Assembly: GCA_951406725.2 (NCBI GenBank)
Contig: OX597814.1
Coordinates: 75,578,001 to 75,642,000, forward strand
Length of the DNA: 64,000 bases
Direction of reading: 5' to 3'
Origin: Octopus vulgaris
Taxonomy: Eukaryota
Position numbers and translations under genes: made by a program. Positions 37,719-50,798 of the stretch are shown piece by piece; within the stretch, counting starts at the first letter, position 1; each line of letters begins with the position of its first letter. A model generated the notes under the pieces. It searched no databases. It was given only the letters and a program-made list of their open reading frames with translations, and was not told the origin of the DNA.

Positions 37719-38250
37719 CAGGGTCAGGCAAAATGATCTGACACATTTGTAGGTTAAATAAAAGGCAAATGAAGTAAAGAAACAAAAAAGTGTTTTTATT
37801 TTTGAAAAGTACATATAATGCCATTTTGTTTCATTATGTTTTAAAAATTAAATCAGTCAAATGGGATCCATTATTGTCTACACACTGTCGAAGGCGTTCA
37901 CGAAAGTTGTCAATAACTTGGCGGGTCATTTCATGTGGAATGGCAGTAATTTCTTGACGAATTGCATCTTTAAGTTGTTCGATCTATTGAACAACTTAAA
38001 GATGCAATTCGTCAAGAAATTACTGCCATTCCACATGAAATGACCTGCCGAGTTATTGACAACTTTCGTGAACACCTTCGACAGTGTGTGGACAATAATG
38101 GATCCCATTTGACTGATTTAATTTTTAAAACATAATGAAACAAAATGGCATTATATGTACTTTTCAAAAATAAAAACACTTTTTTGTTTCTTTACTTCAT
38201 TTGCCTTTTATTTAACCTACAAATGTGTCAGATCATTTTGCCTGACCCTG
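37719..38250. mobile_element. Palindromic (fold-back) Tc1/mariner derivative made of two transposon 3' ends
   Basis: TA|CAGGGTCAGGC...GCCTGACCCTG|TA. Arms are 262 bp with 4 mismatches seen and an 8-nt centre. The right arm encodes RSIEQLKDAIRQEITAIPHEMTCRVIDNFREHLRQCVDNNGSHLTDLIFKT*, a Tc1/mariner-type transposase C-terminus. Confidence 0.9.
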
Positions 38251-38258
38251 TATATATA

Positions 38259-38460
38259 CACAGGGAAGGTTTACGAAAATAAACAAAATACGAAGGCAGG
38301 TGGAGTACAAACAAACAAATGTATTAGTATGGCGCTCAGGAATAGAAATAGAACAAGTCTTTTACGTTTCGAGCCTACGCTCTTCGACAGAAATACACAG
38401 AAAAAAAACAAGGAGAGAAAAAAAATGCATGTAGGAGCTAACGATCTAACACGGCGTTCA
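38259..38460 (-). mobile_element. Short repeat with a hammerhead-like motif (PLE terminal-repeat-like)
   Basis: Minus 38357-38396: GTATTT-CTGTCGA-A-GAGC(GTAG)GCTC-GAAACGTA-AAAGAC. It shares CGCTCAGGAA and overall layout with the 31049/31506 repeats. Confidence 0.55.
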
Positions 38461-38464
38461 TATA

Positions 38465-38620
38465 TAGATATATATATGGTAGGCTTCTTTCAGTTTCTGC
38501 CTATTATATCCAGTCACAAGGTTTTGGTCTTAGATCAGTGTGAAGCTATAGTAGAAGACACACAAGGTGCCAAATCCATGTAGCTGGGGAATTTCTAGGC
38601 CACATAGCCATACTTGTGTC
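38465..38620 (-). mobile_element. Degenerate SINE family A fragment
   Basis: GGCTTCTTTCAGTTTC..CACAAGG..GCTATAGTAGAAGACAC..CAAGGTGCC. Confidence 0.6.
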
Positions 38621-39024
38621 TATAAGTTCACTGGTAGAATACACAGGTTTAAAGTAAGAGTTGTAAAGTAGAATGGAGTCTGCGAGAGGCCATTAACAAA
38701 AAGGTAAACCTGTCAACTAGGTAAATGGAAATAACAGAAGAATATACAAAGCTTAGAGCGCAAGTAATCAAAGTTGGTTGTCAAGTATTATCAATGATCT
38801 TGATTATGACAATGGCAAAACAATAAATGCAAAGTAAGAGCACTTGTGTGATAGTTTAAGGAGTGCAATAGCAATCTGTGATCACACAGTATGTATTTCT
38901 TTTCAAGTGAGTAAAGCTGATTACTTAAGATATGTTATTATATTTCTTAAATAGTCATTGTAACAATACTAATAATTATAATAACTATTAGTCCAACTAC
39001 TTTTACTACTCAAGCTAATGTGAG

Positions 39025-39213
39025 AGCCTCTGTATGGTAACTTTGCTAACTAGAAATAGTAGTCAGATTGCCCTGAAATTATGTTACCATCATAGAAAAG
39101 GAAGAATATATCTAGACCTGTGTTATCTAATCTCTTTGGAAGACAGATAGAACAGTCACACTGCAATGTCTTTGATAACAGACTTGCTTGATCAAGCCTG
39201 CTTTGGGCTAAAC
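39025..39213 (+). repeat. Old interspersed repeat (related pieces near 18240-18425, 21125-21190, 49860-49915 and 62725-62900)
   Basis: Shared motifs CTAGAAATAG-AG..AAT..CCCT..AAT and ..GGTCAC-GCTG-AA-G-CTTTGATCA..GATCA-GCTGA. Confidence 0.45.
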
Positions 39214-40819
39214 ATTTACTCTCTGTATCATTACTGAATTAAGACACTTTAACAATAATGACAATGACATTAATTTTCTAGTTGTTATAAATACACTAGA
39301 AGCATGATGCTTTTGTGTTGTTGTTTTTTTCTAGATACACATATTTCGTTCAAGTTATGAAGAATATGTATCTCTACTTTACAAATTAATGCATTAGAAT
39401 GAGCAATTTTTAACATTTTAAATCCTAAGTCGGAGATTCTATTCAGTGTGTATAACAGCCTAAATAAAGTTTTTAGCACAACACTACACTGTTGAGTTTC
39501 ATCATAATTATAAGGAGAGATTTTTATATAGTCTTTCATTACTTTATACATATAGATATCTAATGCACTGTTTTAAAATAAAAACAAAACAATATATCTC
39601 AAAGATACTATAGCTTCTGATTAAAAGAAAGGAGGAGGAAGAGGGGAGATAGAAAATTGGGTGCTCTCATTTGCCTTGAGGGTAATACCAAAAGAATTTA
39701 CAAAGGAGAAGGAATGAGTGAAGAAACAAAATTAACTCCAAAGAGTAACAGAAAAAAAATCAATACAAATTGTCGTTTTTCTACTTTGGTTTTATATGTG
39801 TTTTGAGTTGGGCATCTTTTCTTTATTTTTTTTAATTTAAAATACATTCAAATTAGCCTGAAATTATGTAAAGAAAAAATTATAAACTATAAAAAACCAC
39901 ATGAAAAAAATTCATAGCCTTTAGAAACAATAGAACACAACAATTAAATACTATCACTAACACTGGTGTACACTGAAAGGAAGAAATACAAAACAGATAC
40001 AAGGAAATTATCGTAAGGCAGAGTATTTTACATTACAAATTTCCCACTTTGTTTAAGAGGAGAGAGCAATTTGTTTTCTTCTCATTTTATAATATTTGGC
40101 TATAGGTATTTTTTTATAAATCATGCTAGTGGAATGCACCTGCTGAGGGCACTATATTCTGATGAAAATTTAAGGGAAATTGATATATTCAAGACATTGT
40201 AGTGTTGATTTTATTGCATTTAGTTTCATTCTTCACACTTTTATGTTGAATTCTCATTAAAGATTTACTTTGCCTTTCACCTCAATCAGTGGATTTGATA
40301 GATGTCAGACCCCATACTACCAATTTCACCCACAAAATAAGGATAAAAGTGGCCCGTTGGAGAAATGAGTGCTGGGAGGTGGAGTGGCTGTAGCAGCCAG
40401 TGTCACTGGCCATTCTGTGGCAATGCCATCACGGTCATTACAGTGGAGCAAGCTGAGCACACCATTTGTTCTGGGATATGTAGCACATTGACCCCTTCTC
40501 CCTCTATCATCTGCTGCTTTACCCAACCTTTTTTCTTTCTTATCTCCTTTCTTTCCTGTTTCTTTGTATTTAAATGTTCTAATAAAATTAGTAAGACAGC
40601 CATATCAATTCAGGTGACTATACTATTTTCATTACAAAACCGACTCGGTTTTTTTTTTTTTAAGAGGACAAATAGAGTCTGTTCCCTAATAAACCACCAG
40701 ATGCTGCTGGAGGCATATCTAAATTAGCTGGATGGCATTACTAACATTTAGCTTGGATTATAGGCTTATAGTTTGTTAGGAGACAGGAACGAAATATTTA
40801 AACTGTAAACAGTAATAAG

Positions 40820-41137
40820 GACACCCCTTCAATCATGAATGACCATGAGATTGCACCTAGAAAGTTCTCCTCCAAGGGACAAGTCTAGGCAGAGGTTGTT
40901 TTTATGGAAGACCAACAGTCACCCATGCATACCAACCTCCCTCTCCACATTACTGATGTTATCCAAGGGAAAGTTAAAAGCTGATACAGCTTGGCACCAG
41001 TGATGTTGCAACTCATTTCAACAGCTGAGTGAAGTGGAGCAACACGAAGTGTCTTACTCAAGAACACAACACACAACCTGGTCCAGAATCAAACACACTA
41101 TCTCATGATTGTGAGCCCGACACTGAGCCATGTGCCA
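40820..41137 (-). mobile_element. tRNA-derived SINE (family C)
   Basis: Minus strand: head GGCACATGGCTCAGTG..TTTGATTCTGG, central GTGTTCTTGAGTAAGACACTT..CACTCAGCTG..AAATGAGT, and a distinct 3' tail. Confidence 0.7.
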
Positions 41138-42359
41138 AACTAAAAACAGTAATAATTCATTAATTTTTAAAATGTTGCTATAAAAAATTAAGATATAGCT
41201 ATACTGTTAAGAGTGCAACGTTCAAGCAGATGAACAGTTTGTATTTTGTGACTAACATTGCACTACACGAAAACTTATCAATTCAATCAGTTGTTTAATG
41301 GAGATCATTGCAAACCACAAGACCTACTTGTAAAAAGTTTAGCTCTTTTGTAAGTTGGGTTCAAATCAGTGTTATAAAATAGCAAGGCCACTATCAGTAA
41401 TAGCAGAACTATCCAGGGCAAACTAAAAATTACTAAAATTCCCACTGGTCTTCCCAACAATATTGCTTTACAAATATTTCTAGTTAAAATTAATTATTTA
41501 TCCAGGCATAAATTCTCAGATATGTACAAAGGAAGATACAGAAGAAAGTGACATTCAAGTTTTTCATAAGAACAAGTGAAATGGTTCTATCTAGAAATCA
41601 AAATCAGGTCAAGAACTCAATTCACTAAAAATTTATTCTTACACTACAGAATCCAACACAATAACAATAATCTTGTTATAATTATCCTGGTTTAGCTGTA
41701 TTCTGTCCTACATTTCATGTCTTCTCATAAGTAGTTCCTATTTTTTAAAAATGTTTGTCAGCAGAGAGCAGCTGAAGCAATTATGTTGTGATTCTGTCAC
41801 TGACTCCACTTGAAGCATTGTATATAGAGAAGTGGTTCCCAAACTTTCTTTTTTAACTCATAATCCAGCTAAAAACACCCTATAACATTTTGAATATTAA
41901 GTTAAAAAATGTATTGAAAAAAAAAACATATTTAAGCTGATAGATATAAATGATTTAAACTTCAGAAAATTATTAATTACTTCTTTACTGAAATGATTCA
42001 CAGTTATCAAAATGTAATCTTTAGAAGTTGTGATTTTATTTTTCACATTTTTTTAAATGTAATTTTATTAATTTTCTGGTCACACCTACTTACATTTCAC
42101 AGAACACAAATGAACTGCAACATGCTGTAAGAGAGTCACTGGTCTAACAAAAAAAAAAAAGATATTTTGTCCAGTACTTAGCTATTTCTGTAACTCTGCT
42201 AAGGTGATAATAAAAATGGGAAACAAGGAAGGAATATGGCACAATAAAAATGTACAATGGTTCAAAAAAGAAGACAAAAATAAAAACAATAAATACCACA
42301 AGCTTGGTCCCAGGTTAAAGAGAAGAAAAAAATCACAAATACTTTAAACATTGTAGACT

Positions 42360-42945
42360 AACAGAAACCATTTGGATTGACAAAGATCTTACTTTCTAGC
42401 TTAAACATCTATGCAGTACCCATGAATATATAGCAACAGTATTCAATTAAATGATAAACAAGCCAGAAATAGAGCTTGACAGGATGCTGAACAGAAAAAG
42501 CAAACTGATCCCTCAAAACAAAATAACAGAAACTCACAAAATTATAAACCTATAACACACTTGCCACCAACTTATGAGGTTTTCACATCCATCTTGTACT
42601 CCAAACTCATTACAAACCTGGACAACAACAATATATTACTAGAAAAACAGAAAGGATGCTGGGAAGAAATGTATGGCTGTAAAGAACTGAGTGAACTGGT
42701 GAAGTGAGCAATCACAGAAGACAGTAAAAAGAGGAAAGCAAAATTTAGTATGACTTTGGTATGGCTACCAAAAGGTATTTGATAGCATTCCATACTCATG
42801 GATACAAGGGACGCTATAGAAACAAGGCAGTACCAACATTAAAGGCACGCATTGGTCATGGAAAAGCATGTCAACACAAAGCAAAGAGAAGACAGTTGGA
42901 ACCAACCCTTTAGCAATAAGAGGAATATTCCAAGGACAGCAGTTA
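42360..42945 (+). pseudogene. R4/Dong-clade non-LTR reverse transcriptase remnant
   Basis: NYKPITHLPPTYEVFTSIL...EKQKGCWEEMYGCKEL...; YQKVFDSIPYSWI; RGIFQG. These match the R4/Dong pattern NYRPITCL..EQKGC....GCK..DY.KAFDS.PH.WI..GIFQGD. Confidence 0.8.
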
Positions 42946-43166
42946 TTTAGAAATAATAATTTTTAAACTTTTCTCACTATACATAGTATAACATATATCA
43001 AAAGATGAGGATATATTTCAAGCACAATACTTGAATCTTATTTTAAGTGTGTATGAACAAAAAATAATGTCAATCTTGATGAGATCTGAATTTAAAATGA
43101 GGCAATGGATTAGATATTGTATTGTATTTGGACGTTCTGTATTTTTTTTAGTAACAACATTTTCCT

Positions 43167-43212
43167 GACACAACATTTCGGCTGCTATATCCTCCAGCTT
43201 TCATCGGGTGTC
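43167..43212 (-). ncRNA. Minimal type I hammerhead ribozyme-like motif
   Basis: GACAC-CCGATGA-A-AGCTG(loop)CAGCC-GAAA-TG-TT-GTGTC; stem I GACAC/GTGTC pairs fully. Confidence 0.65.
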
Positions 43213-43450
43213 TTGGGGAAATTTCGAACCTGGGTACTCATTCCTAAGGTATTTTTCAATGTTATTATTATTATTATTGAGATCACTGCTTGGAATCGAA
43301 CTCGGGTTCTTGAGGTTAGTAGCCTGCACTCTTAACCACTATGCCATATGCCTGTGGGCATATGGCATAGTGACCTGAACAATAATAATAGTAATAATAA
43401 CATTGAAAAATACCTTAAGAATGAGAACCCAAGTTCGAAATTTCCCCCAA

Positions 43451-43493
43451 GACACCTGATGAAGGCTGGAGGGTATATCAGCCGAAACGTGTT
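43451..43493 (+). ncRNA. Minimal type I hammerhead ribozyme-like motif
   Basis: GACAC-CTGATGA-A-GGCTG(GAGGGTATAT)CAGCC-GAAAC-GTGTT. The core and stem II are perfect, but it is 3 nt shorter than the sister copy at the cleavage site. Confidence 0.7.
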
Positions 43494-43984
43494 AACAACA
43501 AACAAGATGAGGACAAATATCTGTCAAATGTAAATAATGTACATAATTCCTCATCTCTTAAATATAGAACAATCTGTTTTATTTATTTATTTGGCAGAAA
43601 CAATAGGATTTTTTTTCTTCAGAGAAAAAACATAATCAATTAAATTAACTTCAACATATTATTGTGATTTGTTTTATCAATACTTAGTACAGCTCTTGTG
43701 AAAGCAAGAACAACAGAGAACCAATCACTAAAACTTCACTACCTCTGAAGAATGTGATGCAATAACATCATTGCATACAACAGTACTTAATGACCTTTTT
43801 GGACAAACCTTCAGAGAATGTTAGAAATCTTTATCGTGGTACAAAGTTATGTTTAAATGCTTCAAATCACTCACCATTGCATCACTTGTTAATGAATACA
43901 TTGTAACAACTACTAACTGTACTCGTAATAACCAATACTCAGTTTTCTATGTAGATTGCTCAGCATTCAATATCATTATGACCA

Positions 43985-44320
43985 CAAATCTGATCGCAAA
44001 AACTTCATAATTTGCATGGCACTTTGAGCATCATCTATTATAGTCAAGCTCACTAAAGCCTTGAGTGAATTTGGTAGACAGAAACTAAAGGTAGTCCATT
44101 GTGTGTGTCTTTGTGTCTGTCCTTCACCAGCACTTGACAATTGGTGTTGATATGTTTATGTCCCATGTAATTTAGTGGTTCAGCAAAAGAGAATGATAGG
44201 ATAAGTTCTAGGCTTAAAAACAAAAATACATGAGTACTGGGGTCTATCCATTTGACTAAACTTCTTTAAGGAGGTGTCCCAGTATGGCCACAGTCTAATG
44301 ACTGAAAAAAGTAAAAAGAT
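43985..44320 (+). mobile_element. SINE family A (degenerate head, clear tail)
   Basis: AAAGCCTTGAGTGAATTTGGTAGACAGAAAC..CTTGACAA..GTGGTTCAGCAAAAGAG..ATGGCCACAGTCTAATGACTGAAA. Confidence 0.75.
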
Positions 44321-47300
44321 ACAGGTTGAATGTGAGAGAGATGTAGATAGATGCACACTCAACGCACAAAATTCTTAAGAATCACTACCACTCAACATTA
44401 CAGACAATAGCTACAATATTTTTATGTCTAAATAACAGACAGACACACACACTCACACACTCTGTGCGTCATGTGAATGTACATTGATTGTGCATATTAG
44501 TTCGGTAGCTCTAGCAGTTTACGCTGTAGGAACATTAAATAATTAATAATGTTCCTATTTTATCATTTCATCTCAAGATTAAGAACAATTTAATGATATC
44601 TGGTACTCCACAACTCCAATCTCAGTAGTAACATTAGTTACATATGTCATGTGGCAAAGAAATATAATAAAAAGAGATGAATGGACAATAACAGTTCAAA
44701 CCAAGCTACATATGTTTCAATAGCATGGTAATTTATCTATAAGTGATGTGTTACATCATACAAATTACCAGCCAATTCATCAGGTACTTGACTGCAAGTA
44801 GAATAAAAAACCAACTCTGTGTGTGTGTGTACATACACACATATATACTTAACACTACATTTTAATAGATTTCTTCCTCGACTGTCATTAAATACCATAT
44901 TCCCAAACAATTTTCTGGGCAGGATTTTAAAGCAAAAGCATTTATTTCTAATGCAGAGTTTAATGTTCTCAACTTATATCCTGCTATTCTACATGTGCTC
45001 TGCTTTAAGAAACAATGCTGGAAGTCCAAACCCAATATAGAAGTATGAGGTTAAAGATGAACAGATATTGAACAGATCAAAATATGATGTATTCATAAAT
45101 AATCATTTATAGATTGTGTTGGTAGTTCGGGAATGTTTATTATCACAGTATGCTTACCTTAATACTACATGAGAGCTTCCACCACCTGGCTCAAGGTCAC
45201 TTTTTCAAGGTATTAATGTTATTATCATATTTGTAACTAACTCACTGTGATCATCAGTTAATGTTTATTGTGTTCATCAATTGTTATCTTTATTAATAGT
45301 TATTTCTTATAATTGTTTTTTCCCCTCTTTGTTTCTTCCAACTTAGATGCAATTCACTTTCTTTGTAGTTGTGTTCAATGAATATAAAAATTAAGTGGAA
45401 TTGAATACATGCATCCGATTCTTTTCATATCAATGGAAATAGAAATAGAATCAATGTCAAAACAAAAAACATGAATATGTTTCTGACAAGTTGTCTGTAA
45501 CATCGGCAAAATATCTGTTGATGTGATTGCACTTACAAAGATAAATTTAAATAATAAATATATAGAAATGTTGTTGTGTTTTAAGAAAAATAAGCTTGAA
45601 TAAGACAAATAGTTCTTTTATGAAAAGAAAGAAACAGTTATTGTTTAATTGTTTTCATTTACCCTTTCTGATTTGTTTTTCTAACAGTTTTGATCATAAT
45701 ATAGGTTACTGGTACATCTTGCAAGCACAAAAATATTGGTAGTCTGCTATAAATAAGTTGATATCATTTAATCTCACCTTAACAACAGCTGTTATAATGT
45801 CAGAGTCTGAAAACAAGAATTTCAGATTAAAATTTTAAAACTTTCATTGACATCAACGTCCTCCTCATCCCCACCATTTTCAGTTTTGTGATCACCAAAA
45901 TCATCATCACTTCATCAGAAATGCCATTACCAGAGAATAGAAACATGGGTAGAAAATGGATAATTAAACTATATACTTTGTTTTGCTTAAGTGCCTTGTA
46001 TTTCGGCAAAGATTCAGCAAAATAAGTATGCATAAGGTTTTGTGACTCCTTATATTGATATCATTTAAACTGTCTTTATGAATGAGCATACTCAATTTGA
46101 TTTATACAAAATAATTTACAAATATGAATGGGCTATTTCCCTTGGCTATATAAAAGGATCCCTTTCAGGAGCTAATGGGTTATTTCCCTTGAGTGTTTAA
46201 AAATAATATATAAGTTATATGTAGTAGATATGAGTCCCTTCCATGGACCCTATTATCGAATTTTTCAACAATTTAAGTATGTCACTAGTTTTCCAGACAT
46301 GAGTTCTACTCATGCATGAAGTTTCATCAAAATCGATAAAACAATGTAGGTGGAGTCAGATAACACCACAAACACACCATAAGATTTCCACATATGTAGT
46401 AATATATATATATATATATATATAAACACATGCTGTTTAGATAATTGAACTGACTCCAGTTTCTTTTCAATGGTAATATTTGGAATTGACCCAGAGGATC
46501 AGATTCAAGCCAACTCTGATTTTTTTTCTCTCTCCAAATTATTAACTCAGAACAGTGCCACACTGAGCTAAATACTATAAGCATCTAGTATTATCTATAC
46601 AAACACCAGTGCCTTCCATTAATGCTGTAACAAGAATTAGATCTATTTCTGAATCTAACCATGAAGGTTTCACTATTTCATAGGAAGAGCAGATACAAGA
46701 CAATGAAAAACAATGAATCATATATACAGAACTTAACACAGCATAAATGTCTATATAACTAAATAACTGATACTGTATGTTGGTAACTCAATGATGTAGC
46801 TATAATGAACACTTTAAAAACCTCATTTATTCAATAAAACTAAAGTTATTTCCTTCGTGAATTACCCTATAGATATGTTGCTGAGTTGGTTAAAATAGAA
46901 TTTTTTTCTATGCATCTGAAATCTGGTGCTTTGGTACAACTTTGTGAAATTCTGTAACACGAATTGGAGGGAATTAAAATAAGTTCTTGCACAATATTAC
47001 TTACAGACATTAACCTGTTTCAATAGCTTGTGGTAATACAACCCAGTTTAATGAATCTCAAACAATATGCAGAGATGTGAAAGGAACTGAAAAAGAATAG
47101 AATAATGTCTTGTCTGTATGGGAGTGAGTGAGAAACATAATTTAGTTTCAGAATGGGTAGTATTGATATTGATATCTAGAATTGTTCAAACGTAATAACA
47201 TGGAGGTGGGCTGGGCTGGGCTGGGATGGGGATAATATGGAGGAAATAAAGAAGCAAGTTGTACTGTAGTGGAGGGAGTAAACCAGAATGGAATGAATTC

Positions 47301-49400
47301 AAGGAAAATTCAAAAGAAATTATTTCAGGGTGACCTAAGAACTGAACAACTTTTAAGGACCTTCGCTTAGCTCCAATTTCAAAGTATTAAGGCTCCTGAG
47401 AAATAAATTTATTCAACTCATCTGAATTAGGTAGTTGTATATCTTCTCCACCCATTTCTTCCTCTTTCCTTAACTATGCAAGGTTTCACCTCCTATGCCC
47501 CTGCACCAAACACTTTTCCATTACTTTTTTTCAATAATTGTACTCTCTGGAATTTCCTCCCTACCCACATTGTTTCTACAGACATCAAACTGAACACAAC
47601 CCACCATAATCTCTCCAGTCTTAAGCTACAAAATATCACAGACGTAACACCAAAGAAAATGTCTCTAAATCTAAATCCATTTATTTGTCTAAATGACATG
47701 GTATCTACTCATAACCTTTTCATGAATTGAGGAGTGCAAAATTAACTGTACTGTCACAATGAAACACTTGCTGTAGAAAGAGCCACCATGGGCTGATATA
47801 TATAATAAAAGCTAGATAAGACTTATTGTATGTGTAGATAAGCACTGTTTTGTTGGTGCCATAACAAAATTACTGTTGGTGATAAAATATCCAACCAGGA
47901 ACTGATTGTTAAAAAAAAAACACTGTAAAACCAATTGTGGCATAGAGAAAAATCCAAATTACCACCAACTAGTTCATCTATGTTTATGCCTCATACAGAA
48001 GGAGTAGGTTCAGATATGATCATTGGTGAGCTGTCAAGCAATTTCATTATCTTCCCTCATTACAGCTAATAAGCTTCTCAGTGGATTTCCTACCCTACTG
48101 TTCTCCATTCTAATACACACATCACTACTAACTACTGTGGTATTATGTGTGTAAAGAGTTGAGAACAAGATACATTAGTTTAACTGAATGTAGGGTAGAA
48201 ACACAAGCTAGTAATGATGTTTAAGTAATAATTATGAAAAACTAGCATAAAAACTATATCTAGACAAACTGAGTGAATTAAAAACTACTGAATTAAAATA
48301 ATCATCTAAGTGCACCAAAAACGTATACATACTTAACTTCAATTTAGTAATAACAGAAATAAATCATATAATGGTAGTGGGAGTGTCACTACAAGTGGTT
48401 ACCAACTAAAGAGTAGATAGAAGGAAACTATCAGAATTGAAGTAAATAGAAGTTATCTGCAACATGCATAGCAGAAAGATGCAGACACTTTCCAACTGAT
48501 ATAAAAAGGAAAGTGTGCATAATTACTTGACTTTACAGTCTATAATCATCTATTTTGACTTCCTTCTGTTGAGCGCCTGGCTGTTCACAGCAATCAACTT
48601 CATCACCTGCAAACTTGATGTTGGTAGAACAGTGACCAAAGATATAGTTTTCAACTAGCAATAACCTCATCTTAAATAACCTTCATTAGCTATGGTACTA
48701 CACCTGTAACCAGCAGAGATATAGACTACTAATAGGCTCAAAAGAGAACTTCTGTGCTATGTTTGTGCTCAAGTTCAGAGCTAAAAATATGAGCTAAGAA
48801 CCTTGAAATGGGCTTGTATTATACCAATATCTTGCTCAGTTAATTAGATTGTGTTAAATTTGGTAACTGATACAGTAGGCAGCCACAGTAGAAAAAGAAG
48901 CAGTCAATAGGGAAAGTAATATGAGTAGAATTTTTTTTTTTTTTTAAATGGCTCATTAATAATGTTAATGTTGGATGGAACTATATTGGATAAAATGTAG
49001 TTTGTATAATTTCAAACCACAAATGTTGTTTTTAGTTAATTTTTATCTTGCATTTATTTATCTAAAGAAAGCTCTTTTACAGATTCTCATGATAAGCTGG
49101 ATTTAAATAAATCACTTGTGAAAGTTATTCAAAAGATGAAGCTCTTAAATGTAGAATCAAGATGAGCAGTCTGCTAAGTCTGGATGCTTTACCAATTCAC
49201 TCATTAAAATAAAACCAGTACCAATAACATAATATTATTCATTTTATTTGTATGATACTCTTCCCTAAAATAACTGGCCAACTTTGCTTGATCAAAAAAA
49301 AAAAATCTATATATAAATATACTATGATATCTATAGTATTTTATTTTCTATCAGTATGTTTTCATGAAAGTGTTGATTTATGTTTCTCTTTTTTTTTTTA

Positions 49401-49611
49401 CCCTTTAGCATTCTGTCAAATGTAATGCTTATTTATTCATATTGTTTTGAATTAACCATGTATTATCTTGTTGATTTGAGATTTCAGTAATGTGATAGTA
49501 TAGTTTTAGAATGATATTGTAGGATAGGTGTGAGAGGCCAGATCTAGCTGGTTTGAACATAAAACAAGTGAAATATTTAGGCCAGATATAGCTGGTTTAA
49601 ATGCTAATGGG
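49401..49611. mobile_element. piggyBac-type MITE (family P1)
   Basis: CCCTTTAGCATT ... AATGCTAATGGG|TTAA. Confidence 0.8.
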
Positions 49612-49632
49612 TTAAAGATGGATGTGAATTAA

Positions 49633-49855
49633 TCCTTTTGATACCAAACCACCTGGGACCACTCTTGATTCTATGATACACATTTCCTGTTATAATGTGA
49701 ACTAAATAAAAACCTTGCATGAAAATTTTGTGTTAATTTATGTTCCAAGAACCAGCTTAAATAAGGTTAAAGATATTATACAAAATTCTTCATTATTTTA
49801 AAAATTAATTGAAACAAAACCAGTGTATGTCAACAGAGATGAGGTAACAAAAGGG
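49633..49855. mobile_element. piggyBac-type MITE (family P2)
   Basis: TTAA|TCCTTTTGATACC ... GGTAACAAAAGGG|TTAA; internally similar to the element at 63193. Confidence 0.75.
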
Positions 49856-50626
49856 TTAAGGGAGGCTATTTCTAGCAGGCTGAGTGATAATGTAGAAACT
49901 CTCTGATTGGCTCAGACAAAAACAAACACAATATAATGGCTATAAGGCTGCAGCTTTATTCTTACTACTTATTTTATGTTGTTACTTTATTCTTGAGGGG
50001 TGGAAGTCCATCTTTAACATTTTTCATGTTTTAAAGCTGTTCTACCAAATCAGATATTAATATAGGAATTAAAAATTCTAAGAACTATATAGGCTTTACA
50101 GCTGAACATTCATGCTAGTATTGATAGCTTACAGCTAGAGCAACTAACTAATTAACACTAGTAGAGTAACATGTCTTAATTAAATGTTCAATCCAGTGAG
50201 AAAGTTTGGAGCCCTAAGCAGGTAGTTAATCATTTGCAATTAATAACAAACATAATCTTAAATTATTCTTCTCTAGAAATTAAAGAAATAATTAGAAATA
50301 TGTTTCTATATTACTGAGATCATGACAAAAATGTTTTAGAGCTGGATTAGGATTAAGATGCTGAATGATAGTTTGGTCATACATTATACAATTAAAACAA
50401 TAACTAATTAGCAAATCTTCAAGCATAGTCTATCAGAAACAAGAAAAAGGTGCAGAAGCTCTGAATTTTATGTCTGTCATGAAGATAAAAGCAAGCCTTC
50501 ATTAGAGAGATATCTTCAGGAAAACTTATGACTGAACAATATCTGCTGTGTTAATTGGTATAGGTAGCGGTAATGATAATGGTAATACTATTCACTATTC
50601 TCCTTGGAAAGACTTATAATATATTC

Positions 50627-50798
50627 CAGTGATTCCCAACCTGTGGTCAGTGGACTCCTGGTGGTCTGCAAAGGTAGCATTGGGAGTCTGTGAACTAAAT
50701 TCAAAATTTCATATAAGGATAAAAATATCCTGGGGTCCGTGGGAAAACTCATTTAAATAAAAGGGCTTCTTAGTAGTCAAAAAGGTTGGGAACCACAG
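50627..50798. mobile_element. hAT-type MITE with an 8-bp TSD
   Basis: TIRs CAGTGATTCCCAACCT / AGGTTGGGAACCACAG; flanking ATATATTC at 50619-50626 and 50799-50806. Confidence 0.9.

Larger units (their letters stand above)
43167..43570. mobile_element. Head-to-head inverted pair of the tRNA-head/hammerhead PLE terminal repeat
   Basis: The minus copy (43167-~43360) and plus copy (~43349-43570) overlap at GCCATATGCCTGTGGGCATATGGC. The 3' end (..AATATAGAAC) is the same as at 13537. Confidence 0.85.

Noticed and set aside
40326-40727. GC-richer island with ORFs on both strands
   Set aside because: No recognisable domain and no convincing splice-site pair.
45380-45935. Minus-strand acidic stretch (SDDDFGDHKTENGGDEEDVDVNE) and Cys/His segment suggestive of a piggyBac relic
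   Set aside because: No catalytic motifs or TTAA-flanked TIRs were located.
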